In this document: positions 45,005 to 64,000 of the stretch, in pieces
Layout: every line of letters starts with the position of its first letter
Position numbering within the stretch: position 1 is the stretch's first letter
Assembly: GCF_009914755.1 (NCBI RefSeq)
Contig: NC_060942.1
Direction: 5' to 3' (one strand)
DNA length: 64,000 nucleotides
Source of the DNA: the human T2T-CHM13v2.0 reference genome, Homo sapiens
Program-made: the position numbers and the translations under genes
Notes under the pieces: generated by a model
What the model saw: the letters and a program-made list of their open reading frames with translations, nothing else
Databases searched by the model: none
What the model was told of the DNA's origin: nothing

Positions 45005-45530
45005 CGTTTGGAGGTGTCTAGGGCACAATATAGATCTTCCACCTTTAATCTAGCATAACTTGGTCCCTTTCCAATATTTAAAAAAAATTTAAGTGCTGTG
45101 TTGGCATTGGGTAGATAAAAGGGAGGGAGGAGAGCAAGGTGAGAGGAAGTTGTAATAGCTGCTAACTATATATATATATATAAAGCAGGTCTTTTTTGGA
45201 TAGAATCATTCTAATTATCCTTTGGGTCATTGACCTAATGGGCCTCATTGTAGTTTTTAGCACTCCCCAAAATTCCGTGTAGATTGCTCTAGTCCGCTTC
45301 CCTTGTGGGACATTTTAAATCAAGGTTTATAATTTGATTTGACCTCAAGACTGTGGAAAATGTTGGAGATGATTGTTTTTAATTCAGGACCTTTCTCAAA
45401 TCAACTTATTGTACATAGACAGTTCTGCCTGAACAATGAATTAAAAGAATAGGCAGAGGGAGAAAAAAAGTTTAATTTGGAAGAGGTGGTAATGGAGGAA
45501 CAGGATTTTAATCAGTTGGAAGGAGTTTAG

Positions 45531-45716
<186 letters not shown>

Positions 45717-47143
45717 TGACTAATTTTGTTTTCTTTTTTATAGAGACAGGGCCTCACTACGTTGCCCAGTCAGATCTTGAACTCCTGGGCTGAAGTCATC
45801 CTCCTGTCTTGGCCTCCAAAAGTGCTGGGATAACAGGCGTGAGGCATGGCACCTGACCTGTTTTTTAATTAACATAGTTATCTATGTCATTTGCTCTACC
45901 TTCTTCACAAAGGACAGACCTATGCCTTTAAAGAAATTTATATTTGGCTGCAAAATCAATTTTTGATTCACGAATAGAGAGTTGAAGTGATAAGGGCTTT
46001 GGGTTACTGTGGATCAGTTAGAAAATGAAAAATTTTAATTGCCATTTCAATGACAGGAAAGGATTTGACTACTGACTATCCTAGTAAAAGGAGCAAGTTC
46101 ATTATCATTAGAATAACATTACTAAAATATAAACTCCCGTTTAATCCCCATTCATTCCCTGAAACTGCAGTTGTTGAATGCTCTTTGTCTGGTGCAGGGA
46201 CTACTAAGTACTGTTTCTCTGGAGACTTAATAGTCCGCTGGAGAGACCTATAAATGAGTGTGATTGATATAGAAGAGATTTTATGTGAGCATCTAGAGCA
46301 GGTATCTAAATTAGCCTAAAGGATAGGGATAATTTCCTAGATGAAGTAATGCCTTAGGTCAGCGTTTGTATTCAGTGTTTGTGGGGAATGCCAGAGTCAA
46401 GGAGGGTACAGAGGATGAATGTGAGCTGGACTTTGAAGTTTGGCTGGAGCCAAAGACAGCGTAGTGGAGATGGAGCTTAGCGTTATTGGCAGGAACTTAC
46501 TGTGTAAGCTAATTTGAGTGTTTTCCTGAAAACCTATTAAATAATTAGATAACCTAATGAATAATACTAGACCTAGTAAATAATTTTTGGCAGGGGAGCA
46601 GCGTGGTCACATTTCATTTTTAGAAAGTTTACCTTCATAGCAGGGTTTTCAGCTTGGTAGTGGTGAGACTAGTGAAGAGGTCGGTCATTCATTGATGTGT
46701 CAGGGAGAGAAATGATTAGAACCTGAACTAAGGAAATGATAGTAGGAATGGAGCAGAGAGACTCCTGACATTTTAAGGACAGTGTAAGATTTGATGACTG
46801 GGTTCAGTAGTTAAGTGTGTATACCATATGTAGATCTGGAATACATGGAGCTAAAGCTGTGGGTGTCGAAGTGGTCACCGAGTGAGGTATATAAATGGAA
46901 AGATTGAAGAGCACCTAGATAGAGCCAAGTGTTGGAGAATACTTACTTAAATATCGAGTGGAGAAAATTGCAGCCAGACAAGGAACGAACAGAAGGATAG
47001 GAAGAAAACCAGGAATAAAGTGAGAGTGGAAACTGAGGATTCAGATCATCTGCAAATGATTGTTAAGGAAGCAGTCAGCATTTTCAGAGGCCTTAGAGTG
47101 GTCAGATGTAATTTTGTTTTTGTTTTTGTTTTTTTTGAAATAG

Positions 47144-47245
<102 letters not shown>

Positions 47246-48254
47246 TAGCTGGGACTACAGGCACTCACCACCATGCCTGGCTATTAAAAAAAAATTTTTT
47301 GTAGAGATGGGTCTTGCTTTGTTGCCCAACCTAGTCTCTAACTCCTGGGTGCAAACCGTCCTCCTGCCTCAGCCTCCCAAAGTGCTGGGATTACAGGCAA
47401 GAGCCTCCACACCTGGCAGATGTAATATTTTGAAAAACATGTTAAGACAAATTAATATGAAAGTTGAGCAGGTAGTCAAAGCAAGGCTTCAGAAGAAAGT
47501 ACAGACTGGCGTAGGAGTAAGGTGTTTATCTCTTTTGGTGTTTTATTCTGTAATCTTCAAAGGCTCTTGGAAACCTCTGTTCTTCCTTGTTTTGAACAGT
47601 CAAGGAAATAATTCTTGTACATGGCAGAAGTAAGCTACTATTGCAATAAAAATTACATGTAACAAGTTTGATTCTTTGCTGAACTCTTAAAAATGGAAAT
47701 CTAATCTGTTTTTGCTTTTAGGCCTCTCTGTAAGGAGGCATCTTTTAAAATGAACTTCTACTTCTTGTTAAGCACAAATTTGTGTAATTTCCTATTTGAC
47801 CAGCTTGAACATCCAGTTCCTGAGTTTTTAGTTCATATTTACTTTTTTTAATCCTTAATTTTAAAACAATTTTAAATTAATTATTTATTTTTGAGACCGA
47901 GTCTCTGTTGCCCAGGCTGGAGTGCAGTGGTGGGATCTTGGTTCACTGTAACCTCCACCTCCTGGATTTAAGCGATTCTCCTGCCTCGTCCTCCTGAGTA
48001 GCTGGGACTACAGGCACAACAAGTAGCTGGACTACAGGCATGCACCACCATGCTCGGCTAATTTTTGTTTTTTGTTTTTTTGTATTTTTAGTAGAGATGA
48101 GGTTTCACTATATTGGCCAGGCTGGTCTCGAACCCCTGCGCTCAAGTGATCTGCCCGCCTTGGCCTCCGAAAGTGCTGGGATTATAGGCATGAGCCACTA
48201 TCCTCGGCCTAATTAATTAATTTAGAAACAGGGTCTCACTCTGTTGCTCGGGCT

Positions 48255-48325
48255 ATATATATGTATATATGTGTATGTATATGTGTATATATGTGTATTT
48301 GTGTGTGTGTGTGTATATGTGTATG

Positions 48326-48372
<47 letters not shown>
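48255..48372. repeat. Compound (TA/TG)n microsatellite
   Basis: tatatatatgtatatatgtg...gtgtgtgtgt run lying inside an Alu. Confidence 0.95.
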
Positions 48373-48374
<2 letters not shown>

Positions 48375-49028
48375 TTTTGTTTGTTTGTTTGTTTGTTTTG
48401 AGACAGTCTCACTGTGTTGCCCAGGCTGGATTGCAGTGGTGCGGTCTTGGCTCACTGCAACCTCCCACCTCCCTGGTTCAAGCGATTCTACTCCCTCAGC
48501 CTCCCAAGTAGTTGGGATTACAGGCGTGCACCATCACGCCCTGCTAATTTTTTGTATTTTTAGTAGAGACAGGGTTTTACCATGTTGGCCAGGCTGGTTT
48601 TGAACTCCAGGCTGGTTTTGAACTCCTGACCTCAAGTGATCCTCTTGCCTTGGCCTCCCAAAGTGCTAGGATTACAGGTGTGAGCCACTGCGCCCACAAT
48701 ATATTTCTTATAGTTTAAATTTTTTAGAGATGGGGTCTTGCTTTGTTGCTCAGGCTGGTCTCAAACTCCTGGTCTCAAGCAGTCCTCCCACCTGAGCCTC
48801 CTGAGTAGTGGGGACTACAGGTGAGTGCCACAGCACCTGGCTTTGTAATTTTAACAGCTTTATTGGTATCTTGTTACTTGAGTAGTTATGCTCTAAGTAT
48901 ATACTTTAAAATAATTTTCTTCTTTCCTAAAATCTGTGCTATTTAATTATATAATAAAAGGTTGAGGCCGGGCGCAGTGGCTCACGCCTGTCATCCCAGC
49001 ACTTTGGGAGGCCGAGGCAGGCGGATCA

Positions 49029-49271
<243 letters not shown>

Positions 49272-49792
49272 TTAATTTTAAATCTTGAGGACTAGTTTAC
49301 AACCTTTGATTTTTTTTTTTTTTGAAGTTTTTTTGGGGAATGATCTCGATTATCGACTCGGAAAATAGATAGACTAAGTGCCAGATTTTAAATTATTTAA
49401 TTTATACTGAAATTGGGAGCATGATGAGTGGGAATATTGTTTTTCCTCTCCCAGTGTTGTTGATTAGCCTTTTGTTGGGAGAATGCGTAACGGAAATTCG
49501 TCTAGCATCTGCTAGTTTAAAGTTGAGAGAAATGTAAAGAGACCTTTTTTGGTTATAGGGTAATGCCCTGTTCTGAAGATACGGGCCTTTTCAGGAACAT
49601 GAAAATTAGTTTTAGTAATTCTTGATTTGTACCTTTTTCCTTCCTACTTCTGCTTTGTTTTGAAATAAGTTCTGTCTAGCACTTTGATCCATTCCAGCCC
49701 AAAGTGAGATGAGAATAATTCGTTTTATGTCTGAAGAAACATGCTTGGTTGTACAGAGGAAGGAACAGTAAAATTGGAGATAAGAGACCTGA

Positions 49793-49978
<186 letters not shown>

Positions 49979-50800
49979 TAGTAGAGATGGTATTGCACCA
50001 TGTTGGTCAGGCTGGTCTCCAACTCCTGACCCCAAATGATCTGCCCCGCCTCGGCCTCCCAAAGTGCTAGGATTACAGGTGTGAGCCACTGCACCCGGCC
50101 ATTCTTTGTACCTGTTATCACAGTTTGTAATCATAACATTTTTGGAATCAGATAATTTGACCAATGTCAGTTTCACTGGTTAGGCTGCAAGCTTTATAAA
50201 GAAAGCATCCAAGATCTCCTGTTACTTACTTAAGCCTACTAATATATCGTTTCACATATGAGAGTTTTTCCTGCCAGCTAAATTCTGACAAATGGAATTG
50301 CTGGGTCAAAGGGTAGATACAAACAAATATTTCTGATACATCACACAAGAATAGTTGCAGCTCTAGTGAAGTGTCTTGTTCATGGAAAGTGCTCAAGGTT
50401 TTGATTTGAGAACTGTCAATTATATCTTTTGGTTAAGGGATTTAATACTTTTTAAATTAAGGTAAATTGGCATTCATTGCTTTAGCAAATATTAGGACTG
50501 CCTAATAGGTGCCTAGCACTGTTAGGTGCCAGGGATATTGTAAAGAGCAAATAGATAGGATCCCTGCCCTCTTGGAGCTGGGTGTTAGTGATTGAGATAT
50601 ATATATATATATATATAAAATCTTTGGTTGTACAGGGGAAGGAACAGTAAAATTGGACATAAGAGACCTGAATACCTCTATTTTATTATTTTATATATAT
50701 ATTTGAGACAGGGTCTTTCTCTGTTGCTCTGTTGCCCAGGCTAGAGTGCAGTGGCATGATCATGGCTCACTGCAGCCTTGACCTCTCTGGGCTCAAGTAA

Positions 50801-51050
<250 letters not shown>

Positions 51051-52205
51051 TAATAGAGACGGGGGTTTCACCATGTTGGTCAGGCTGGTCTCGAACTCCC
51101 AACCTCAGGTGATCCACCCACCTCGGCCTACCAAAGTGTTGGGATTACAGGCGTGAGCCCCCGCGCCCGGCCTGTATTTTTTGTATAGACTGGGTTTCAC
51201 CATGTTGGCTGGGCTGGTCTCGAATGCCTGAGCTCAAGCGATCTGCTCGCCTTGGCCTCCCAGAGTGCTGGGATCACAGGCCTGAGCCACTGCGCCTGGC
51301 CTGAGATATATTTAAATTAAAATAAATGCTCAGAAAAATGGTGTAATTACAAATGTATAGGTTTCGAGAGAGTATAAGAGAGGGATCAGATCTAGTGGGT
51401 GAGTATCGATGACCCTTTCTTTAGGAAGTGATATTGTTGCTGATATCTAAGAGAGATATAGGTATTAATTTGTGGAGGGCTGTGCTCGTGCATAGAACAT
51501 TCTGGGGAGAAGAAACATTCTGGACAAAGGTCCCGAGGTAGGAGGGAACATGCAGGGCTTTGTATTTGAATGACAGAAACATCTTCTGGGCTTCAACCTC
51601 TTATAGGTTTCTTTTTTTTTTTTTTTTTAAAGACAGAGTCTGGCTCTGTTGTCCAGGCTGGAGTGCAGTGGCACACGCAATCTTGGCTCACTGTAACCTC
51701 CGCCTCCTAGGTTCAAGCCATTCTTCTACCTCAGTCTTCTGAGTAGCTGGGATTACAGGCGTGCACCACCACTCCTGGCTAATTTTTGTGTATATATATA
51801 TATTTTTAAATTAGAGTCAGGGTTTCACCATGTTGGCCAGATTGGTCTTGAACTCCTGACCTCAAGTGATTTGCCTGCCTCACTCTTACAGGTTTATTAA
51901 CATTTTATTTTTTTAAGCCTTAGTTTCCTCATCTGTAAAATGAAGGAACTTATTAAGAAAAATTTATTTTTTTTTAAGAATTCAAGATCATGAATGGATA
52001 GTTTCTGGGATCCAGCCTAGCACCTAGCACATATTATGTACGCAATAAGTGTTAACTGCTATTTTCATAAATGTCATGTTGCTTTCCCAAAAATTGAGCT
52101 AATTTACAAAATGCCATTAGTACTATAAAAGTATATTTGTAATCCATCATCTTTGCCAATTTTGTTTTTTTAAGCATTTTTATGCTATTTTAATACAGTT
52201 CATAG

Positions 52206-52803
<598 letters not shown>

Positions 52804-53049
52804 TAGCTGGGATGGTCTCAATCTCCTGACCTCGTGATCCGCCTGCCTCAGCCTCCCAAAGTACTGGGATTACAGGCGTGAGCCACCGTGCCTGGCCCTT
52901 TTTTTTAGTTTCTTATATGAATGTTTTTAATAATGTCACTAGTCTGTAGTAATGCAATTAATATTTGAAGAGTTTGTATTGTACAGTTTGTCACCTGATT
53001 TATCACATGTAATTTTGGAGGTTAATTTGGGATTTTCTTTTTTTTTTGA

Positions 53050-53157
<108 letters not shown>

Positions 53158-53196
53158 TAGCTGGGATTACAGGTGCGCAACACCACGCCCAGCTAA

Positions 53197-53349
<153 letters not shown>

Positions 53350-54172
53350 TAGTTTTGTGATCTAAATTGATTTTTTGCTTTTCTATATTTTTATGCCTTT
53401 AAATATTTGCTTTGTCTTTATAGCCTATATATATACATGTGTGTATATGTATATTTTTGAATCCAGACCATTGCATTTATTAGTTGTGTGCCAATATTTT
53501 TGAAAGTAAATGCTGAATAGAAATTGTTGGCTTTGTTTCTCCTTTTTTAGTAAAAATTCATTCAGCATTTGTTTATTTTTCATTTTTTGGTTAGAGACTA
53601 GTTTTAATTTAACTCTGTTGCCCAGGCTGGAGTACAGTGGGGTGGGGTGATCATTGTTCACTGTAGCTTTGAACTCCTGGAGTTAAGGAATTCTACTGCC
53701 TCATCCTTGCAAGTAGCTGAGACTACAGGTGCACACCACCATACCTCACTAATTTTTAAAAATTTTTGTAGAGGTGGGGAAATCTCACTATGTTGCCCAG
53801 GCTGGTCTTGAACTCCTAGGCTCAAATAATCCTCCTGCCTCAGCCTCCCAAAGTGTTGAGATTATAGGTGCGAGCCACTGTGTCTGGTCTCATTCAGCAT
53901 TTGATTAAACATTTTTGTGTACCTGATATTCAAGGCACCAAGAAAAAAAAAAGGTTTGTCCTTCAAAGAACACAATCAATAAACAGCAATTTTCCACAAA
54001 ATATTTTTATTATCCCTTTTTATCATTAAAAAAATTTTTTTAGACAAGAGTACATGTTGAGCTTTTGAAAACTTCATGGGCCGGGTGTGGTGGCTCACGC
54101 CTGTAATCCCAGCACTTTGGGAGGCCGAGGCGGGTGGATCACGAGGTCAGGAGATCGAGATCATCCTGGCTA

Positions 54173-54485
<313 letters not shown>

Positions 54486-54899
54486 TCACTGCAACCTCTG
54501 CCTTCTGGGTTCAAGCAATTCTAGTGACTTAGCCTCCCAAATAGTTGGGATTACAGGTATATGCCACCATGCCTGGCGAATTTTTGTATTTTAGTAGAGA
54601 CAGGGTTTCACCATGTTGGCCAGGTTGGTCTCGAACTCCTGAGGTCAAATGATCCCCCCACTTCGGCGTCCCAAAGGGCTGAGATTACATGCATAAGCCA
54701 CCAGACCTGGCCTAAAAGTTTAAAAAAAAAAATCCTCATTAAGGGTGGCTTCCCTAAAATCTATAGCAAATATACCTAGTTGTAAGCTTTAGGTGCTTTT
54801 CTAGTTAGGAACTAGTCAAAGAAGTCTGCATCACCCCTGACATTTAACATTGTATTTCAGGTTTTAGACAATTCAGTGAGAGAAGAAGAAATCAGATAC

Positions 54900-56160
<1,261 letters not shown>

Positions 56161-57428
56161 GACCACAAGCAGCAAGGTTAAAGACAAATGATGGACTGAA
56201 TGTCGTCTGTTCTACTTGCTGCAACAGATTATATCAGAACAGATAGCTTTCTATGTGACTTTTTTCCCCCTGAAAATTGTTTTGGTCCATCAACAAATGG
56301 TAGCTGAAGCAAAGCACATTAAAACATAGCTGAATATAACAAACCATAGAATTAAGCACTATGACACAAGGTGCCCAACATTCATTCTTCTTAGTTCAGT
56401 TTGGCTATGAGTTCTCTCTTGGAATACCTATTGCATGTTTCTCCTTTCCCTTGTGCATTTTAAATTTATTTCCATAATTTAACAGCTTCAACCACTTATC
56501 CCTCTCTTCTTTTAAAAAAATTTTAGGGTGAAGTGTTTATTAGGAACTTTACATACCTTTTCAGAATTGTTCGTATTTTTATTTCGATTGTTTGGGTTTT
56601 GTTAGTAGTCTGGCGACAAGGTTGCACGAGTGGTCTATTCCAACCATTTTTTTCCATAAGCCCTATAAGTTTTAGTGTGCGGGTATGCAGAATGCCAAGG
56701 TTTTCAGTGTTTCATATGTTACATTATATCAGAAATGCCTTAAGTGATACAAAATGATTTAATATCCAGAAGATGCAGTTCTAGGTTATAAATCATTTCT
56801 CCTCAGAACTTTGAACACATCATTCTATTTGTCATTTGTTATTGCTCATGAGTTTGATGCTAATCTGATTCTCTTTCCTTAGTAGGTGATCTATTTTTAC
56901 TTCCTCTCTGGAAGATACTAGAAGTTGAAAAATTATTTTTTATTTTATTTTATTTATTTATTTATTTATTTATTTATTTGTTTATTGAGATGGAGTCTCG
57001 CTCTGTCACACAGGCTTGAGTGCAGTTGTGCGATCTCGGTTCATGGCAAGCTCCGCCTCCCAGGTTCACGCCATCCTCCTGCCTCAGCCTCTTGAGTAGC
57101 TGGGACTACAGGCGCCCGTCACCATGCCTAGCTAATTTTTTGTATTTTTAGTAGAGACAGGGTTTCACCGTGTTAGAGCCAGGATGATCTTGATTTCCTG
57201 ACCTCGTGATCCGCCTGCCTCGGCCTCCCAAAGTGCTGGTATTACAGGCGTGAGCCACCGCGCCCGGCTGAAAAATTATTATTTGAAGTTTTTCCAGTAA
57301 TCTCTCTGGTTGTGACTCTTAAATTTATTGTACAGGTCCTTCACTTGTCTCTATTCTGCTGACATATTTTTTAGCTCTGGAAATTCCCCTCACACTCTCA
57401 CTTTCTCCTTTTGTTTCTTTGAAAATAA

Positions 57429-58138
<710 letters not shown>

Positions 58139-58569
58139 TAGTCTCGAACTCCTGACCTTGTTATCCACCCGCCTCAGCCTCCCAAAGTGCTGGGATTACA
58201 GGTGTGAGCCACTGTGCCGGCCTTATTTAATTATTTTTATAACAGTTTTAATATAACTACCCTTGTTTAAAGGGTACTTTTTTTTTGGAGACGGATTCTC
58301 GCTCTGTCGCCCAGATTGGGGCGCGATCTCGGCTCACTGCAAGCTCCGCCTCCCAGGTACGAGTGATTCTCCTGCCTTAGCCTCCTGAGTAGCTGGGATT
58401 ACAGGCACCTGCCACCACACCTGGCTGATTTTTGTATTTTTAGTATAGATGGAGTTTTGCCATGTTGGCCAGGCTGGTCTTGACCTCCTGACTTCAGGTG
58501 ATCCACCCGCCTCGGCTCCTCAAGGTGCTGGGATTACAGGCGTAAGCCACCATGCCTGGCCAAATATTT

Positions 58570-59550
58570 TTTATTTAAGTATAAAATGCATACAGAAACG
58601 TGTCCCTATCACAGATATCCAGCTCAGTGAATTTTCCCAAATTGAGTACACCCATATCAAGCAACCATTCAACACCTATGTCAAGCAACAGATTATTAGC
58701 ATCCCAGAAACTCCCCTAATGTTCCCTTCTCTAAGGGAACATATCCCACCTCCTTCAGGATACCATTATCCTGACCTTTAACATAGTTTAAGTGCTTTTT
58801 GTACATTCTAAAAAATAGAATCGTGCAGTTTGTACTCTTTTATATCTGGCTTGTTTAGCTCAACATTATATCATTATGTTCATATTGTTGCTTATAGCTG
58901 TAACATTTTCATTCTCAATACATCATATTGTAATTTTCATTTTGTGAATATACCATAATTAGTTATGCATTCTTCTGTTGGCGGACCTATGTATAGTTTT
59001 CAGTTTGGGGCTATTATAAATAGTGTGGCTATGAACTTTCTAGCAAATTTTTTCTGATTATATATGTAATTTTTGTTTTGTTTGGTTTTTAAATAGATGC
59101 AGGGTCTCACTCTTGCTCAGGTAGAAGGGTAATGGAGTGATCATAGCTCACTGCAGCCTTGACCCCCTGGACTCAAGCAATCCTCCTGCCTTAGTCTCTC
59201 AAGTAGCTAGGACTACAGGCATGCACCACCGTGCCCAGCTAATTTTTTATTTTTATTTTTAATTTTTTTACAGGAGCAAAGTCTCACTATGTTGTCCAGG
59301 CTGGCCTCAAGTAATCCTCCCGCCTTGGCCTCCCAAAGTGCTGGGATTATAGGCATAAGCCACTGCCCATGGTTTTATGTATATAGGTTTGATGGGTATA
59401 TACTTCAGAGTGGAATTTATGCGCTCTAATGGATATTGCCACCCAGTTTTCCAAATGGTTGTAAAAGTTTATACTCCCATAGCCTCCAATGTGAGTTTAG
59501 GTTGGTTCATATCCTCCCTAACACTTGGTATTTCCCACCGTTTTCATTTT
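58570..59550 (-). mobile_element. Old L1M 3' remnant interrupted by an AluJ
   Basis: atatctggcttgtttagctcaacattat...cagtttggggctattataaatagtgtggctatgaac...ttttccaaatggttgta. Confidence 0.65.
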
Positions 59551-60559
59551 TGTCTTTTTCTTTCTTTTTTTTTTTTTTTAAACAAGGTCTCACTCTGTTG
59601 CTCAGGCTGAAGTGCAGTGGCACGATCTCAGCTCACTGCAACCTCTGCCTCACAGGCTCAAGTGATCCTCTCACCTCAGCCTCCTGAGTAGCTGGGACTA
59701 CAGGCATGTGCCACCATGCCAGGCTAGTAGAGATGGGGTTTCACCATGTTGCCCAGGCTGGTCTTGTGAGCTTAAGCCATTTGCCCCGCTCAGCCTCTCA
59801 AAGTGCAGGATTACAGGTGTGAGCCACTGTGCCTGGCCATTGTTTTATTATTACTATTTTTTTAGAGACAGGGTCATGCTGTGTTACCCAGGCGGGCCTT
59901 GAACTCATTGGCTCAAGAGACCCTCCCACCTCAGCCTCCCAAGTGGCTAAGACTACAGGTACATGCTGCTGTGCCCAGATTTGGTTACTTTTACTATTTT
60001 TAAAACTAGTTTTGCTGGGCACCATGGCTCACGCCTGTAATCCCAACACTTTGGGAGGCTGAGATGGCTGGATCACTTGAACTCAGGAGTTCAAGACTAG
60101 CCTGAGCAACTGGCAAAATCCCATCTCTACAAAAAGTACAAAAATTAGCCGTCGCAGTGGTGCATGCCTGTAGTCCCACCTACTGGGTAGGCTGAGGCAG
60201 GAAAATTACTTGAGCCCTGGAGGCAGAGGTTGCAGTGAGCCAAGATCGCACCAGTGTACTCCAGCCTGGGCGACAGAGCGAGGCTCTGTCTCAAAAAAAT
60301 AAAATAAATAAAACTAGTTTTTAGTTTGGCAAGTGAAAACTGGCATCTTGTTTACTTTGCGTTATTTTGGTTTCTGGCTATGGTAAATATTTTTAATTGT
60401 TATTGTTTTTTGAGAGACAGTATTGCTCTGTCACCCAGGCTGGAATGCAGTGGCACCTTCATAGCTCACTACAGCTTCAACCTCCTGGGCTCAAGTGATC
60501 CTTCGCCTCAGCCTCCTGAGTAGCTGGGACTGGACGTGCATGCTACTATACCCAGCTAA

Positions 60560-60727
<168 letters not shown>

Positions 60728-61182
60728 TAATGACTTCTAGTGCTGCTTTAATGATATTAACTACTATTTATTGAGCACTTTCCTGACCATGACAAATAAT
60801 GTGTTAAGCATTTTATACTTGTTATCTATTTTAATCCTCTGAACAGCCGAATCAGTTGTAGATACTTTTATTATTTCGTGAGTGAGGAAACTGATATTAG
60901 AGGGAAAAACTGACTTGTTTAAAAGTGCTGCATAGTTAGGAAACTCAGGTTATGTGATCTGTTACTGCACCATTTCCTCTCAACTTCTGTTAGTATAGAG
61001 GAGGAATATTCATATATATTTATAGGAGATTGGATTAAATGTATATGTATTCTAGATCCCAGATATATATGTCTGTAATTTAACTGGTTCTCTTGAAAGC
61101 AAAATGATCAAATAAGGTATTTGGTGGGGCTAGAGAAGATAAAAAGATTTTAGTTTGATTCTAATTAGAAAGTTGGTTATAA

Positions 61183-61392
<210 letters not shown>

Positions 61393-62160
61393 TAGCCAGA
61401 ATGGTCTTGATCTCCTGACCACGTGATCCGCCTGCTTCAGCGTCCCAAAGTGCTGGGATTACAGGCGTGAGCCACCGTGCCCGGCAAAGCCGGAAGTATT
61501 CTTAAGTATTTCTCAAATTATGTTCCATTGCATACTGTTTGGGAAATTTCCCTACTTCCGGACCAAATAACCAAATATCTGTTAACACGCAGATAACTTT
61601 GGGTAACACCTAACTTTGGGTAAAACCTATTAACTTTATCCTAGAACTTCCCAAACCAATTTGTGTGCTCTTTTGTAGTAGACCTGTTTATGTCTTGTGG
61701 AACAACATGTCGATATACATCAGTTTGAGACAAAAGCTTATGTTACTCATCCTTTTATTTTGTAAGGGGAGGAAATGGAGATCCAGTGTGCGTTAATTTG
61801 TTGGCCTAAGATTACACAGCTACTAAATGGCAGAGCCAGGATCCGGTTTTTCCTTTGTACCATGCTTCCTCTAGTAATATTATTAATATGTAGCATTAAT
61901 ATTTATTCATCATATATTATGTTAAGAAGTTGTAAAGCAGACTTGAGTGTAATTGTTCAAATATTCCCATCTAGTCCAGTTATCAGTCTTACTCTCTGAT
62001 AAATACATATACAGTTACTAAACTTCTGAGATTTATGTACATATGAGTAGCCTAACTTATTTAATATGAATACATATTTATAATCACTTGTTTGTATTTA
62101 ATTATAGAGATGAAGAGAGTAATTTTTTTTGTAATTAATGTGTCACAATGTTTGGTTTAG

Positions 62161-62326
62161 TTTCTGTAGAAAATGTTTCCTGACTGCAATGAGGGAAAGC
62201 GGAGCACATTGTCCCCTATGTCGTGGAAATGTGACTAGAAGAGAGAGAGCATGTCCTGAACGGGCCTTAGACCTTGAAAATATAATGAGGAAGTTTTCTG
62301 GTAGCTGCAGATGCTGTGCAAAACAG
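62161..62326 (+). CDS. RNF138: RNF138 second coding exon (rest of the RING and start of the C2HC finger)
   Basis: Acceptor tttggtttag|T completes the Val codon. Reads FCRKCFLTAMRESGAHCPLCRGNVTRRERACPERALDLENIMRKFSGSCRCCAKQ. Donor CAG|gtagag. 110+166 nt = 92 codons. Confidence 0.97.
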
Positions 62327-62809
62327 GTAGAGTAAATGTGACATCTCTCTTCTTTGGAAGCCAAGTTTCTACTCTGAAATTCTTATTTGAATTTTCTTGG
62401 TTGGTGTTTTTTTTTTTTTTGAAAAGATGAAAGGTATTTAGACTGGGAATTGGATAGAAAAGGCCAAAAAAAGCTGTGGTCATAGATCTTACTAGATTAT
62501 AAACTTACTGAGAAATGAGACTGAAAAAAAAATCACTGAATTTCATAATACTTAGCGTGGCATTTTTCTAAAAGTAATTTCTCATTGATTACTTGCTAAA
62601 GTAACTAAATTAGCAAGCTGGCATTTAGCTCATTTAAACCCCATTCTGGTACAAATTCACCCCTTAAGTTTTTCTCATGGTAGCATCATTATTGCAGCTT
62701 TACACATAGAAATGTTACTAGTTTGGGCACATGGATTTATGTAGTTTAAGGAACTCTCTAGCTCCTCACTTTACTTATGTATTTATGTATGTATTTAAGA
62801 AATCACAAG

Positions 62810-63111
<302 letters not shown>

Positions 63112-64000
63112 TCACAAAATATTTGGTTAATTTTAAGGAACATGTAGGAAAATCAGGTGTTAACAAATAACCAGCATTAATTCTCTAATCTGGATTTTAT
63201 TCTATCATTTGGAGAAGGAATAAAATAGAGAGGGGTGGTTAGGCTTTGAGTATATCCATGTGTCTATAGATTTATCACCGACATTTTTTCTAATAGCTAA
63301 TGAATTCAGTGAGCAAAGCTGGTTGCTATTTCATGCATTCACACAAGTCAGATCTGCTTTTACATCTTTTTGAAGGAAGTGTTTAACTGACAGGGCAATG
63401 ACGTGAAGCTGGAAAACACACTCGAGAGATTCTGGCTATTCCTCTCAGTGAGAAACTGAAAAATGTTCCAAGTATTCCTGGCAACTTAATTTTTTTTGAG
63501 ACAGGGTCTCACTTTGTCACCCAGGCTGGAGTACAGTGGCACAATCTCGGCTCACTGCAGCTTTGACTTCCCAGGCTCTAAGCAATCCTCCTGCCTCAGC
63601 CCCACAGGTAGCTGAGATTACACCTGGCTAATTTTTGTATTTTTTGTATAAACAGGATTTTGCCATATTGCTCAGGCTGGTCTTGAACCCCTGAACTCAA
63701 GCAGTCCACCCATCCCAGCCTCCCAAAAGGCTGGGATTACAAGCGCGAGCCACTGCACCCAGCCAGGAACTTAATTTTTTTTAAGTGCTTTCTAACTCTG
63801 CCAGGCTGCAGAAGTTAAATAATAAGACATGCCCAATAGCATCTGGCATCCTCTTAGTGCTTTTAATTTTTTTGTCTACTGCTGGTAGTGTCTTTTCAAG
63901 TGTGAAGTTATTTGCTGTTTTTTGCAGTGAATTTATAGACAGATGGACTCTTCTCCATCTCTACCTTTAATGAACAGAAATGTATTATCTATTCTTAACT

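Noticed and set aside
48222-48603. HT- and CV/YV-repeat ORFs
   Set aside because: Translations of a (TG/TA)n microsatellite.

Overview
Human-type (primate), Alu-dense genomic DNA. I recognise it from the exon translations as the RNF125-RNF138 locus (18q12.1, from memory). On the + strand it holds the last two coding exons and ~4.8 kb 3'UTR of RNF125, a ~18.5 kb repeat-rich intergenic gap, and the CpG-island promoter, non-coding exon 1 and first two coding exons of the paralogous E3 ligase RNF138. It also holds an RPS15A processed pseudogene (-), a U13/SNORD13 snoRNA retrocopy (+), dozens of Alus, and L1, LTR and DNA-transposon remnants. Almost all ORFs in the supplied track are Alu, L1, microsatellite or CpG-island artefacts. 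The most unusual signal is a chain of about ten exon-shaped segments with canonical splice sites on the minus strand inside the long RNF125 intron (475-11270), with a candidate RFX/CRE promoter. This may be a decayed, nested antisense gene (unitary pseudogene); it is inference and needs comparative genomics. Other notable signals are inverted Alus in the 3'UTR of the RIG-I/MDA5 regulator RNF125, two ATGA-coupled uORFs in RNF138 exon 1, a duplication-inversion hairpin in an LTR, and several atypical retrotransposition scars.
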